From Chiloscyllium plagiosum (Eukaryota), in NCBI RefSeq assembly GCF_004010195.1, contig NC_057720.1, positions 7,990,012 to 8,054,011 on the forward strand: 64,000 nucleotides of DNA. The letters run 5' to 3'. A program made the position numbers and the translations under genes. Numbering within the stretch: the first letter of the stretch is position 1; every line of letters starts with the position of its first letter. Positions 1 to 12,744 of the stretch are shown here, piece after piece. Under the pieces are notes generated by a model. It worked only from the letters and a program-made list of their open reading frames with translations. It had not been told where the DNA came from and ran no database searches.

Positions 1-566
1 GTGGAAAATTGCCCAAGTATGTCCTGCACATAAAAAGCAGGATAAATTCAACCTGGCCAGTTCCTGCCCAATCAGTCTACTCTTGATCAGTAGGAAAGTG
101 ATGGAAGGTGTCACCAACAGCACTATCAAGGAGCACCTACTCAGTGACACCCATTTTGGGTTCCACCAGGGCCACTCAGCTCCTGATCTCATTACAGCCT
201 TGATTCAAACATGGACAAAAGAGCTGAATCCGAGAGGTGAAGCGAGAGTGACAGCCCTTGACACCAAGACTGCATTCGACCAAGTGTGGCATCAAGGTGT
301 GCTAACAAAACTGTAATCAATGGATATCGGGGGCAAATGCTCTGCTGGTTGGAGTGATAGTTGGCACAAAGGAAGATAGTTGTAGTTGTTGGAGGTCAGA
401 CATCTCACCTCCAGGACCCTCCTAGGGTAATGTCCTAGGCCCCAACCATCTTCAGCTACTTCATCAATGACCTTTCCTCCATCATAAGATCAGAAGTGGG
501 AATGTTTGCCAATGATTGCGCAATGTTCAGCACCATTTGTGACTCCTCTGATACTGAAGCAGTCTA
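1..566 (+). mobile_element. Degenerate CR1/L2-group LINE, ORF2 RT fragment
   Basis: ORF 83-316 GFHQGHSAPDLITALIQTW...ALDTKTAFDQVWHQG = RT domains; the same family lies on the minus strand at 33775-35090. Confidence 0.85.
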
Positions 567-1320
567 AATGGGGAAAGTGTGGCGTTATGCAGCTTGGCAG
601 GAAGAATAGATGGAGTCAACATGATTTAAATGGAGAAAGAAACGCAGAAAGCTGTAGCAGAGACATTTGAAAGTTCTCATGTATAAATGATAAAAAAAAT
701 TCAGCAGGTAATAGGCAAGGCAAATGGAGTGCTGGTCTCTATCTCAGAGGGAATGACGTGCACAAATTGAGACATCTTGCAAAAATGATACAAGACACTG
801 GTTAGATCGCATCTAGAATACCGTGAAGAATTTTGAGCCCTTCATTTGAGGAAATAAGTACTGGCATTGGAGTAAGGCAAGAAAAGGTTCAGTAGGTTGA
901 TCCCAAGTGTGGAGAGATTTCCGTACGGGGAGAGATTGAGTAGGGTGGGCTTGTACTCACCAAAATTTATGCAACACGACCTTATGAAGCATACAAGATT
1001 CTTAGAGAACATGGCAAGGTAGATGCAGAAAAATTGCTTCCTCTTGGACAGTTTAGGACCGGAGGTTACAATCTCAGAACATGGAGTCACACTTTTAAAA
1101 CAGAGATGAGGAGGAATTTCTTCTTTTAGAGGGTAGTGAATCTGTGAAATTTTTTACTGAAGACGACTTTCGAGGCTGGGTCATTGAGTACAATCGAGGC
1201 TGAGAGAGGCAGATTTTTAAACCGTAAGGGAATTAAGGTGTATGGAGGAAAGGCAGGAAAGTGGAGTTGAGGGATTGTCAGATTAACCACGATCATATTG
1301 AATAGCAGAGGAGTCTGGAT
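567..1320 (+). mobile_element. Old CR1 LINE 3' fragment
   Basis: Decayed YKTLVRxHLEY and RRNFFSxRVVNLWN coding remnants followed by a CR1 3' UTR. Confidence 0.75.
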
Positions 1321-1770
1321 GAACAATATCTGCTCAGAAATCCTGCAGCCTTATGGCCCATTCTGTTACAATTTTAACAGATTGACTTTCTCACTAACTG
1401 GGAGCCTTAAGTAGTCGCTGGAAGTCATAAAATTGGCAGGGGGCTTATGCTAATTGGAATCTGCATGAGGCAATTGTAAGACAGCTCATTTCAGCGACCC
1501 TTCTTAATGTTTGTTATTTTGGTCGAATGTAGGGTATATAAAGCTAAGGATGACTGAAGCATTTCTGGATAGGCCCTTCAACAATAGTCACGGTGGCACC
1601 TCACACAGTAGAAGTTAATAGGGTGAAGGAGCAAGCATTACATAAGTTGGAATCAATGTTAGGATCCATTTTGGGAAATGGCATGATTAAGACGGCATAC
1701 TGAGATCTTGGTAACTGTTTGTGAGCCATTTGTGCATTCTCCCCATGTTTATGTGGGTGTCTTCTGGTGC

Positions 1771-1988
1771 AAGTGAGGACTGCAGATGCTGGAGATCAGA
1801 GTCGAGAGTGTCGTGCTGGAAAAGCACAGCAGGTCAGGCAGCATCCGAGGAGCAGGAGAATCGACATTTCAGGCATAAGCCCTTTATCAGGAATTCCTGA
1901 TGAAGGGCTTATGCCGGAAACATCAATTCTCCTGCTCCTTGGATGCTGCCTGAGATGCTGTGCTTTTCCAGCACTACACTCTTGACTC
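1771..1988. mobile_element. PLE-derived palindromic element, family A (hammerhead-bearing)
   Basis: Inverted arms around gaattc (1891-1896); ctgatga-agggc-ttat-gccg-gaaa at 1897-1920; matches the PLE 3' end at 51360-51497. Confidence 0.8.
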
Positions 1989-2515
1989 CAGTTCTGGTCG
2001 CCCGGCTATAGGCAAGATATTATCAAGCTGGAGAGGATTTGGAAGAGATTTACAAGGATCTTGCCAGGGTATGGAAGGTTTGTGATATAAAGTAAGGCTG
2101 AATAGGTTGGGACTTCTTTCACTGGAATGTAGGAGGTTGAGAGGCGACCTTATAGATGTTTATAAAATCATGAGGGATATAGATAAAGTTAATGGCAATT
2201 ATCTCTTCCTTAGGATGGGGGATTTCAAGACTAGGGGGCACATTTTTAAGGTGAGAGCAGGGAGATTTGAAAAAGACATGAGGGTCAAATGTTTTACACA
2301 GAGGCTGGTCTGCTTGTGGGATGGACTTCCAGAGGAAGTGGTGGATGTGAGTACAATTACAACATTTAAAAGACATTTGGATAATTACATGAATAGGAAA
2401 GGTTTGGAGGGATATGGGCCAGGAACAGGCAGGTGGGATGAGTTTAGTTTGGGATTATGGCCGGTATGAATTAGTTGGACTGAAGGGTCTGTTTTTGTGC
2501 TGTATGACTCTGAAT
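1989..2515 (+). mobile_element. CR1 (HER1-like) 3' fragment
   Basis: ORF 2107-2469 LRGDLIDVYKIMR...TRGH...RKGLEGYG; tail ending tatgactct. Confidence 0.9.
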
Positions 2516-2804
2516 GAGAGACTAAAGGATTTGACAAAATGTGTCCTATTTTTAGCACTACGAGAGAGAGTAAAATAAAAAGAGCAGCGAACATTCTACA
2601 ACACCAAAACCTGCATTTGTATAGTGCCTTTTATACAGTTACACTTCTCACAGCACTTTACAGAAGTTATTATCAAACAATATTTGATGCTGAGCCACAT
2701 TAGGAGGTATTAGGACAGGTGGACAGAAGTTTGGTCAAGGAATTATGTTTGAAGGAGAGATTTAAAGCAGGAGGGAAAGAATGTTGAGGGAAAAATTGAA
2801 ATAT

Positions 2805-3300
2805 TTTGTACAGTTTTGGTTGTCATATTTCGGGAAGGATGTGGAACCATCAAAAAAGGTGCAGAGGAGATTTACGAGGGTGTTGCCTGGCTTGGAGGGA
2901 AGGTCATACGAGGAAAGGCTGAGAGACTTGGGTCTGTTCTCAATTCAAAGAAGCAGGCTAAGGGGGGACCTGATAGAGACATACAAGATGATCAGAGGAT
3001 AAGATAGGGTAGGCAATGAAAGTCTTTTTCCTAGGATGATGACATCAGCTTGTACGAGGGGGCATAAGTGCAAATTGAGGGGTGATAGATTTAAGACAAA
3101 TGTCAGAGGCAGGTTCTTTACTCAGAGAGTGGTAAGGGTGTGGAATGCCCTGCCTGCTAATGTAGTTAACTCAGCAACATTAGGGAGATTTAAACAATCC
3201 TTGAATAAGCACATGGATAGTGTAGGGGGAGGAACTGAGGATAGTTCACAGGTCAGCGCAACATCGAGGGCCAAAGGGCCTGTTCTGCGCTGTATTGTTA
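2805..3300 (+). mobile_element. CR1 3' fragment
   Basis: VQRRFTRVLPGLEGRSYEERL...RGDLIETYKM; RGRFFTQRVVRVWN. Confidence 0.9.
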
Positions 3301-3520
3301 TAGAACATAGAACATAGAACATTACAGCGTAGTACAGGCCCTTCGGCCTTCGATGTTGCGCCGCCCTATCATACTAATCTGAAGCCTATCTAACCTACAC
3401 TATTCCATGTACGTCCATATGCCTGTCCAATGACGACTTAAATGCACTTAAACTTGGCGAATCTACTACCATTGCAGGTAAAGCATTCCATACACTTATG
3501 ACTCTCTGAGTAAAGAATTG
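3301..3520 (-). mobile_element. CR1 3' tail, tail-to-tail with the previous copy
   Basis: (tagaaca)n tail followed by the reverse complement of a CR1 3' UTR. Confidence 0.8.
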
Positions 3521-4525
3521 TTCTCTATTCTAAGTTCTAAAATTCCAGAACTTGGGGCCTGGCCAGCTGACAGCACAGTCAGCAGCGACAGAGCAAAGTG
3601 GGGAATCAGCAGAGTCCAGAATAGGACCAGAGGAGGCTAAAGAGATAGTACGGTGTAACTCCATGAAGGAATCTGAGAACAGAGATAAGAATTTTAAAAT
3701 TAAATTAAGCTGTTGCTTATTGTAGGACAGCAAGCACAGGGATGATTGGGGAATGGGATATGGTCTGAGTTGGGAAACGAGCAGCAGAGGATTGAATGAC
3801 AATAGTAACAATTACATGAAAGCCTTTGACTAATATTTGGCTCAGAAGCAGGTAGCACATCTAATCTGCCCTCAGCTCAAGGTAGCGGTGAACGCTGAGC
3901 CGTAAACTGCTGACCCTTTTCGGGACAATGCTCTCTTTGACAGGGTGCTGATTATTCAAAGCATCTGCTCCCACCATGGTTGGTTAGTCTTGCTTCAGAT
4001 TAAGACTAGGTTAAACAAATGAGAGTTCCTAACTTTACCTCAGTCTGCTGACACAGCACCAACTGGAGAGGACACAGACTCAATTCATCACCTAAGAAGT
4101 GTCCAATATCCAGGCAGTATGTTTGCAGGAAAGCCATCAAATGAAGGCCAGGGCTTTATGCTGGGGGAGGTTGAGAATAGTCAGAGAGAGCTCACATACT
4201 TTCAAGTCATTAATTACAAAGTACAATGGTAATACAAGACCACATAAAGGAAAAAAAATCACATGGACAAGAAAAAGCTCCTTTGCCCACTGAAGCTTGT
4301 CCCCCTTGTATTCAAGTTGTGATATAAATGGACCTCCTGTCTGGATACTTTGGCACATTTCTCCAGGCATTTATCATCCTCTGTTAGAGCCACCACACAG
4401 GTCACGGAGCCACTCTGGTCAAGTAAGGAATCATGTCTGGTGCAAAGGAATGAAATACAAAAGGAAAACGGCATACTCAATCACGGTTGTAAAAAAAATA
4501 ATTGGAAGGAAGTTATGACCCATTG

Positions 4526-4815
4526 GGGCGGCATGGTGGCTCAGTGGTTAGTACTGCCTCGTAGCACCAGGGACCCTGGTTCAATTCCAGCCTTGGGTGA
4601 CTGTCTGTGTGAAGTTTGCGCATTCTCCCTGTGTCTGTGTGGGTTTCCTCCCACAGTCCAAAGATGTGCGGGTCAGGTGAATTGGCCATGCTAAATTGCC
4701 CATAGTGTTTGGTGCATTATTCAGAGGGAAATGAGTCTAGGTGGGTTAGTCTTCAGAGGGTTGGTGTGGAGCAGTTGGGCTGAAGGGCCTGTTTTCACAC
4801 GATAGGGAACCTAAA
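4526..4815 (+). mobile_element. HE1-type V-SINE
   Basis: tRNA-like head (tggctcagtggtta / ggttcaattcc), V-domain tgtgtgaagtttgc...gggtttcctccc, HER1-like tail. Confidence 0.9.
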
Positions 4816-5256
4816 ATAAAATTAAGTCTCAATGGCTGAGGTTGAGAGTGAAATAGCAGACCGTTGAAACAGTTGCCAGCACACTGTGCAATTAAGGCAC
4901 CCATGCCCTCACTGCCTGTCCTTGGTCATCCCACCAATATATTGCAAAACATTCAATTGACAAACCTGGGACCTGAAGTGAATACTAGAAAGGTTACGGC
5001 ATGTTTGTAGCCTTTTCGCTTTTTGTTCAGGTCATCCATGCAGCCTAGCACTTAGAGGAAACTGACTTAAACTAGGAAATCCAGTTCAAAGCAAGGGGAA
5101 TGGCTCAGAAATATAAGTCCATAAAATATCTCCTCACTTATTCCCCATTATTTGCAATGAGGTTGCTGGTTCTGAACTGCCATTGCCACGAAGAAATAGT
5201 TATTAATCACCAGAAATTCATCAAGGTGCAACTTGGTCCAATAAGACTATTTGGAG

Positions 5257-5488
5257 CAAATTACTGCAGATGCTGGAAACTGTACTGAAAACAAAAAGTG
5301 CTGGAGATCACAGCGGGTCAGGCAGCATCCATGGAGAGAGAGCAAGCTAACATTTCGAGTCTAGATGACTCTTCATCAGTTGAAGATTCTTCAGCTCTGA
5401 TGAAGATACATCTAGACTCGAGGTGTTAGCTTGCTCTGTCCCCATGGATGCTTCCTGGCCCATGTGATTTCCAGCATCTTTTGTTTCC
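5257..5488. mobile_element. PLE-derived palindromic element, family C (hammerhead-bearing)
   Basis: Inverted arms; minus strand reads ctgatga-a-gagtc-atcta-gactc-gaaa-tgtt; flanked by a repeated tccaataag. Confidence 0.75.
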
Positions 5489-6109
5489 AATAAGGGTATC
5501 ATCTGGAAACTACAATCTCATCTTGTTCTGATGGTAAGTGCAGCAGGATTTTGATATGTGGAAGGTACAATGCAAGATGGCCATGTGGCCCAACCTGTCT
5601 CCGCTAGCTCCCCTACAGGTGGAAAATTGATTCAATTTCTACAAATTATTTTCAAGTTCCCTTCATCCTGTTTTTCTTTCCTCCCCTTACTGAATCTAAT
5701 TTTTTGAATTGACAAAGCCTCTGCCTCAACCATAAATCACCACATCCTCCCATCATGCCCTGTGTCATGGAGTTAGTATAGTGTGTTCTTTCAGTCAGTT
5801 TTGTGTGATTTACAGTAACATCATAAGAACAAGGCCCAGACAATGTGCATAAACATCACCCCAAATGGAAACACCTTCTCATTCTTACCTGAATGGGAGG
5901 TTGCTACTCCTTCTGTGTTGAATGGTCTCCTACTGGTCCCTCGGCTTTGAGTCTGCTGTTAACTGCATGGTCAGCATGACCTTTTTATTGCCAATTTAGG
6001 GAAAATGGTTGCCTGGTGGGTCTTTACCATGAAGTAGATCTGCATCTGACATCAATGTCAAAGTCCTGAGCACAAACCCCAAATCCTATCCATGGACTGC
6101 AACTAGAAA

Positions 6110-6240
6110 ATCTATCAGAACATTCGAACAGAAGTAGGCCATTTGGTCCCTTGAGCTTGTTCTGTCATTCAATAAGATCATGGCTGATCTGTGGCCTAAC
6201 TCCACATGCCTGCCTTGGGCCCATATCCCTTGATACTACT
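6110..6240 (-). mobile_element. CR1 3' tail (continues at 6895-7460)
   Basis: gaacagaagtaggccatt...gatcatggctgatc is the reverse CR1 3' UTR. Confidence 0.7.
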
Positions 6241-6261
6241 GATGATTAGAACCATGGCCTG

Positions 6262-6474
6262 GTGGCCCAGAGGGCTGTGGAGGCCCAGTCTCTGGATTCA
6301 TTTAAGAAAGAGTTGGATAGAGCTCTCAAAGATAGTGGAATCAAGCGTTATGGAGATAAGGCTGGAAGAGGATACTGATTAGGAATGATCAGCCATGATC
6401 ATAGTGAATGGCGGTGCAGGCTCGAAGGGCAAAATGGCCTACTCCTGCAGCTATTGTCTATTGTCTATTGTCTG
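6262..6474 (+). mobile_element. CR1 3' end with (tattgtc)n tail
   Basis: AVEAQSLDSFKKELDRALKDSGIKRYGDK plus CR1 3' UTR. Confidence 0.8.
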
Positions 6475-6891
6475 TTGGTGGATCTCATTGACTGTGAAAT
6501 CCTTGAGTGGGGTTATTAACCCTGGCCAAGCAGGGAGCTCTGGCTGACGGAGACTCAGAAAGGTTCCTCAGTCTAGGGATTTAGCTTTGAGCTGACTGGT
6601 CAGAGCCCATGTACACTGCATATGCAAATAAAAAGAGAAAGTGAGGATAGCCAGACGCTGGAGAGTCAGAGTTAGAAAGTGTGTGGCGCTGGAAAACCAC
6701 AGCCAGTCAGGCAGCATCTAAGGAGCAGGATACTCGATGTTGGGCTGATGAAGGGCTTATGTCTGAATTGTTCACTCTCCTGCTCCTCGGATGCTTCCTG
6801 ACCAGCTGTGCTTTTCCAATGCAACTCCTTTCAAATATGTAAATAAAAAGTGACTTGGTGATGGGACACCAGCGTCTGTGCAGTTATTTCA
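6475..6891 (+). mobile_element. Short solo LTR (Gypsy-like) interrupted by a family A palindrome at about 6636-6834
   Basis: Homologous to 31269-31491, 54822-55199 and 55816-56047; aataaa; ends gttatttCA; duplicated tatg(c/t)aaataaaaag around the insert. Confidence 0.65.
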
Positions 6892-6894
6892 ATG

Positions 6895-7460
6895 CCTTTG
6901 CTGAATAAAGAATTGTCTGTCTCAGTTTAAATTTAACAAATGAATTAGCATCAGCCTCCATCACGTTTTGTTTATAGAAGTGCTTTCCAACATATCTCCT
7001 GAAAGACCTGACACTAATCCTTAGACTATGCCCCAGTTCCTGAAGCTTAAACTATTTCCACTGCTGTTCTCTACTGTTGTCTTTCTCTTCTTGAAAACCT
7101 TCATTAGACCACTCCTTAACCTTCTAAAGTGTCAAGAATAAAGGCCTTATTTGTCCAAGCTCTCCTCATAACGTAATCTCTGAGGTCCAGGTGTCATCTT
7201 TGCATTGAATTCCCTCCAGAGCCATACATCCTTCCGAAGGCATGGGGCTCAGATCTGCTCATAGTGCTCGAAGTGGGGTCTAGTTAGGGTTTTGTATAAC
7301 TGCAACATCATTTCTGTACCCAAACGCCCCAGCCCTTGAGATATGAAGACCAGCATTCTATTAACCTTCTTGACTATTTTCTGCATCAGCTTACAGCATT
7401 TTAAAGAGCTTTGAATCTAAACTCCTCAAATCCCATTGGACATCCCTGTATTTAACTTTG
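6895..7460 (-). mobile_element. Old CR1 3' fragment
   Basis: Reverse strand gives YKTLTRPHFEHYEQIW-like remnants. Confidence 0.65.
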
Positions 7461-7999
7461 TGCCTTCCAAACAAAATACAGCATTAAGAAGTTGGGCCTG
7501 ACTAGTAATAGTTTAAAAAAGGAATATAAGAATTATTTGAATCTTCTCTTAACTTTAAGACTATTGAGTTTCAGTTTTCTAACCTCTCATCCAGCCCAAT
7601 CTTTGATGGCTAACAAGTGATTATCTCCACAAGATATTATAGAATATGCATTAGCTTTGCTCGGGTTATTAGATTCTGCACCGTTTACTGGCCGGCATCG
7701 TGAAACTAATTTTAATTTTGTTCGTTTAATAACATTGATTTATGGTTTGCTGAGAAAAGCTTGCTTCCTCAGAGTCTGTTTGTTCAATTTTTAAAGTGGG
7801 ATTTACGCTATGAAATCATGTTAACACAATTTCCTTCCATCAACACAGAACTGACTCTTGCCTCAGTGGAGGGACAGGGAAGAGAAAAAAAAGGGAAAAA
7901 AGTACAGGGAGAAAAAAGCAGAAGGGACAGAGAAAGAGGGGCAGAGCAAGGATGAAATAGAAAAAAGGTAGACAGAAAGAGATCTGTATTCTAGGACGT

Positions 8000-8580
8000 A
8001 GGACACAGAACACAGAACATAGTACATAGAACATCGAACATGGAACATAGAACACGGAACAAAGAACACAGAACATAGAACACAGAATACAAAACATAGA
8101 ACCCATGATGTGGAGGTACTGGTGTTGGACTGGGGTGGATAAAGTCAGAAGTCACACAACACCAGTTTCTCGTCTGACAGGTTTATTTGAAATCACAAGC
8201 TTTCAGAGCACTGATCCTTCATCAGGTGAAGTTTACCTGACAAAGGAGCAGTGCTCTGAAAGCGTGTGGTTTCAAATAAACCTGTTGAGCGAGAACCTGG
8301 TATGGTGTGACTTCTGACGTAGAACAGTGCAGCACAGGAATGGGCCCTTTGGCCCATGATTTTGTGCTGAACATGACACCAAAATAAACTAAATTCCTTC
8401 TGCCTGCTCATGGTCCATATCCCTGCCAGCCTTGCATATTCCATGTGCCTATCTAAAAGTCCCTGTTGTATTTACCCCCACCACCACCCCGGTAGCATGT
8501 TCCAGACTCCTTTGATTCTCTGTGTAAAAATCTTGCCCCTCACCATCTCCTTTGAATATTTCCCCCCTTACCTCAAATGC
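8000..8580 (-). mobile_element. CR1 3' tail with expanded (catagaa)n microsatellite, interrupted by a family B palindrome
   Basis: 7-mer repeats at 8000-8102; CR1 3' UTR resumes at 8318. Confidence 0.75.
8104..8317. mobile_element. PLE-derived palindromic element, family B
   Basis: Arms gtcagaagtcacac...cttcatcaggtgaa / ttacctgacaaaggagc...gtgtgacttctgac; hammerhead-like core on both strands. Confidence 0.8.
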
Positions 8581-8812
8581 CCAGCTTCAGAAAGATGGAA
8601 AGATATTGAAAAGGTAAACATTGACAATGCAAGCAAGAATGACACAAAAAGGAGAAAGATAAACAAATTGAATGATTGCATATTTAAAGAGAGAAAGAGA
8701 AAGAAAAGGAGAGAGAGAAAATTAGAGATTAGATAAGTAAAATAGACAGGTATTGAAGGAGAAAAAAGAAAGAGAAAGAGATAAACAACTTGTGCTCAAG
8801 TATGGTTGGAAG

Positions 8813-8935
8813 TCAGAAATTCAGAGCTTCTGAAGCAGGGTCACTGGATCCAAAGTATTAACTCCACTTTCTCTCCACAGATACTGCCAGACCTACTGAG
8901 TTTCTCCGGCAATTTCTGATTATGATTCAGAAATT
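8813..8935 (+). mobile_element. Short family D PLE 3' module
   Basis: ctgaagcagggtcactggatccaaag...gatactgccagacc; flanked by a repeated tcagaaattt. Confidence 0.6.
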
Positions 8936-8989
8936 TCCACGAAAGGGAGGAAAGCAATAAATACTGAAGCACGATAATGCAGTGATGAA

Positions 8990-9275
8990 AAACAGAAATT
9001 GCTGGAAAAGCTCAGCAGGTCTGGCAGCATCTGTGGAGGGAAATTACAGTTAATGTTTCGGATCCAGTGACGCTACCTCAGAACGGATGGTAGCTAGGAA
9101 AATGTCAGTTTATATCTTTCACATCTTCCTTGCTACCATCTGTTCAGAGGAAGGGTCACTTGAAGTGAAACATTAACTGTCATTTCTCTCCACAGATGCT
9201 GCCAGATCTGCTGAGCTTTTCCAGCAATTTCTGATTTTGTTTCTGATTTACGGCATCTGTATTTTTTTTTCAGTT
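8990..9275. mobile_element. PLE-derived palindromic element, family D
   Basis: Inverted arms with decayed ctgagga-agggtc-actg-gaccc-gaaac cores; matches PLE tails at 32910-33020 and 46255-46390. Confidence 0.8.
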
Positions 9276-9535
9276 TTTACACAATAACACAATGCTTTGA
9301 AGGTCACCAGCCTGAGGCCCTATGTATTTGAAGTCATTCTGGGAGATAGTTGAATAAACATCTCCCCATTTCTTACAGACATAGCTCATGGACACAAATA
9401 TGCTTTGTTCAATCATATGGAATTAACAGAGATGAGGAGCAGATGTGAAAGTGACATTGAGGCTGACGTTCAGCCATGGAATAGTAAGCTCAAAGAGGCC
9501 AAATGGTCTCCTTCTACACCTATTCCTACTTTTGA

Positions 9536-9848
9536 ATCAGGAGGGTAAAAAAGGGGACATGAGATAGCTTTTGCAAATAGAATTAAGGAGAATCTAAAGG
9601 GTTTTTACAAATACATTAGGGACAAAAGGGTAACTAGGGAGAGAATAGGGCCCCTCAAAGATCAGCAAGGCAGGCTTTGGAGCGCAGAAAATGGGGGAGA
9701 TACTAAATGAGTATTTTGCATCAGTATTTACTGCGGAAAAGGATATGGAAGATATAGAATGTCGGGAAATAGATGGCGACACCTTGAAAAATGTTCATAT
9801 TACAGAGGAGGAAGTGCTGGATGTCTTGAAACACATAAAGGTGGACCT
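9536..9848 (+). mobile_element. CR1 ORF2 internal fragment
   Basis: ANRIKENLKGFYKYIRDKRVTRERIGPLKDQQ; homologous to 17400-17710 and 41440-41720. Confidence 0.85.
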
Positions 9849-10607
9849 ATGATGTTCCTCTGAAAACATCGCACACCAACAACACTCACCCCTGAGGCTG
9901 AGATAAAGGGGGGGATATATTGGATACCTGACAACGTGCAAATTGCCTTTCTTGAGAGGAGTCGTCTTTACTTCAGTTCAAATGACATCATCTGTAGAAT
10001 TCCCAGGAGATCCAGAAAGCTGATGACGTGGCTCTAGGGATCTAGGAACAGGAGTAAGCCATCAATCCTGCCTCACCATTCAATTAGATCATGACTAGTC
10101 ATCCGACCTCAATACCACTTCCCCACACTGTCCCCATGTCTCTTAGTGACTTCTTCACTCCTTTATACCGCCTCCTATGAAACCTCAATGCTCAGGAGCA
10201 AGGATGAAGAAAATGCATTTCCAAACAGCCAGATCAGCATGAGTGTGTCAATCAAGAAACCACTCTTTGCTGAAACACTCAGGTTGACAGAAAAAAAAAT
10301 CATCCTTCCACAGCACTTAGCTACGTAATAATTTGTGCTTCTCATTGTATTTGAGAGAACAACACTAAGAGATTAATTTTATTAACAAGCTTCTCAAGGG
10401 CAATGAAAGATAAATGTTGATCTACTCAATGGCACATCCCATGACAGAATGTGAACAAATGTGATGTTGAATGGAGATAAAAAGCTGACTGCAATAATGC
10501 TAGAGGGTGTACTGGAAAGGAAAGATTGAACAGATGAGGCTGTTTTCTCTGGATAGGAGATGGTTGAACATTGATTGGATGGAGATTTTGAAAGGGTTTG
10601 GAACAAT

Positions 10608-10925
10608 AGATTAGATTAGATTAGATTACAGTGTAGAAACAGGCCCTTCGGCCCAACAAGTCCACACCGACCCGCCGAAGCGAAACCCACCCGTACCCCT
10701 ACATTTACCCTTTACCTAACACTACGGGCAATTTAGTATGGCCAATTCACCTGACCCTGCACACCTTTGTGATGTGGGAGGAAACCGGAGCACCCGGAGG
10801 AAACCCACGCAGACACGGGGAGAACGTGCAAACTCCACACAGTCAGTCGCCTGAGGCGGGAATTGAACCCGGGTCTCTGGCGCTGTGAGGCAGCAGTGCT
10901 AACCACTGTGCCACCGTGCCGCCCA
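10608..10925 (-). mobile_element. Young full-length HE1 SINE
   Basis: Near-identical to 17713-18044 and 43333-43651; (tagat)n tail. Confidence 0.95.
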
Positions 10926-11054
10926 CACGGTGGAGAATGTGGAGAATGGGCTGAAAGGGGAAGGCAGGTTCATTCATCGTGGTGTTCTGCCAATGATGGT
11001 CAATTAACTGTCAATTAAAGAAGACGTGCCAACCCCAAGGGCTGTTGGTCCAAT

Positions 11055-11680
11055 CTGATCAGAGTTGAAAAGTGCGGTGCTGGAAAAGCACTGCAGGTCA
11101 GGCAGCATCCGAGGAGCAGGAGATTCAACGTTTTGAGCATGTAATGGAAAATTAACAAATTTTACATTTACTGTGAAATTTGAAAGAAAATGCATTTAAT
11201 GCTGTATTGAGCTTTGTAACCAATACTTTGATGAGGTTTGCAGCCAGCTTGTCTCTGTTTGAACTTTGTAAACGTTCAACTTGACCTTACGACAGTCGAA
11301 TTCAGCGAAAGCCGAAGAACTGTTATGTCCAAGACCAGGGGATGAGAGAATAACAATTTGAGTTTTCCCAGTTTTTGCCCTTGAGAGCGTGATAAGAAAC
11401 AGTATAAGGTGAGTATCTGAATTATGCTCAAGTACCCCTTGCATAAGACATTTTGTCAAGTGCAGAGGATCCCTGTAAAAGGCCTGTAATAAAATGTTTC
11501 TTTGCTCTTGCCAGCATTTGAGTCGATTTGATTTAATTCCCATGACAGAGCATAAGCCTTTCATCAGGAATCTCGAAATGTCGATTTTCCTGCTCCTTGG
11601 ATGCTACCTGACATCCTGTGCTTTTCCAGTGCCACACTTTTCGACTCTGATCTCCAGCATCTGCAGTCCTCGCTTTCTCA
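11055..11680. mobile_element. Family A palindrome split by an LTR insertion
   Basis: Left part 11055-11139; sequence resumes at 11548 gagcataagcctttcatcagg. Confidence 0.8.
11140..11547 (+). mobile_element. 408-bp solo LTR with 5-bp TSD
   Basis: TGtaatggaaaattaa...ttaattcccatgaCA imperfect terminal IR; GAGCA at 11135-11139 and 11548-11552; gtataa near 11402, aataaa 11488-11493. Confidence 0.85.
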
Positions 11681-12154
11681 CAGTCAGATTAGTGGTAACT
11701 CTCTAGCCTCATGAACTGCTCCATAAGGCAGTGGACACTGTTCATGCTCAAGGGAGGGACTGTTTTGATGGGACTCTATTTTTGAGGTAAAGAGATAAGT
11801 AGACTTGAGGAAGTCAGGATCAGTCTGGTATGCCCTGAGACATGGATCATTCCTGCAGGAATGGGGAGTGGATCTTCAGCGAGCTATGGATGGTTGTCTT
11901 GTAACACATCAGCTGCTACATTCCTCATTAATAGATGTATCAGAATTCTAATTTCACCGGCTATGGAACCAATATTTCATACTTGATCCTGATAAACATC
12001 ACAATGTGACACAGAAAAGAGCACAACACTGCTAGAAGTTCCAATACAGGTAATGGCATCACAAAATGGAGGGATGGGGAGAGGAAGGACTGTGTGATCC
12101 GGTGAGGGATTGGAAAATTCTTTCTGTTTTCTTACAATAGATTTGTAGCATGGC

Positions 12155-12330
12155 AATTATTCTGGTTAGCTTAGTTGGCTTGACGGCTGCCTTGTGATGC
12201 CAACAGCATGGGTTCAATTTCTGTCCCTGGCGAAGGTAACCATTAAGAATTCTCTTTCTCATCCTCTCCCCGTATCTGAGGTGTGATGACCTGCAGGTTG
12301 TCTCTATCCAATGAGAGAGCAGCTCTTTCC
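12155..12330 (+). mobile_element. tRNA-derived SINE (family 3); other copies at 24280-24500 (+) and 57065-57245 (-)
   Basis: ggttagctyagttggct A-box, gggttcaatt B-box, shared ctgaggtgtg..acc.tcaggtt body. Confidence 0.65.
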
Positions 12331-12444
12331 CTTTAGCAATTCTCTAAATGAGAACTAGCCTTCTCAAGGAAATGAGTCCACATTCAAAGTTTAGAATTTT
12401 CCTGCACTAGAAACGATGGTCTCTGGATCAATTGCTTATATATA

Positions 12445-12690
12445 GAATCCTTAAAGTGTGGAAAGAAGTGAGTCAGCCCATCAGGTCACACCAACCCTGA
12501 GAAGAACATCCCCCCAGAACCAACCCACACCCACCTTGTCCATAATCCCACCCATGCTGCATATTCCTGGACACTTTGGGCAATTTAGCATGGCCAATCC
12601 ACCCTAACCTGCACATCTTTGGACTGTGGGGGGGAAACCAGAGCACCTGAAGGAAACCCACCCAGACATGGGGAGAATGCATAAACTTTA
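12445..12690 (-). mobile_element. HE1 SINE fragment
   Basis: gggcaatttagcatggccaat...cctgcacatctttggactgtggg. Confidence 0.85.
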
Positions 12691-12744
12691 GAGTGAGGTC
12701 AATAGGTTTTTGTTAATGAATGGTATTAAAGGGTACAAAAGGGC

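Noticed and set aside
7840..8106. Cys/Phe-rich hydrophobic ORFs
   Set aside because: Translation of the (catagaa)n tail and purine-rich low-complexity DNA
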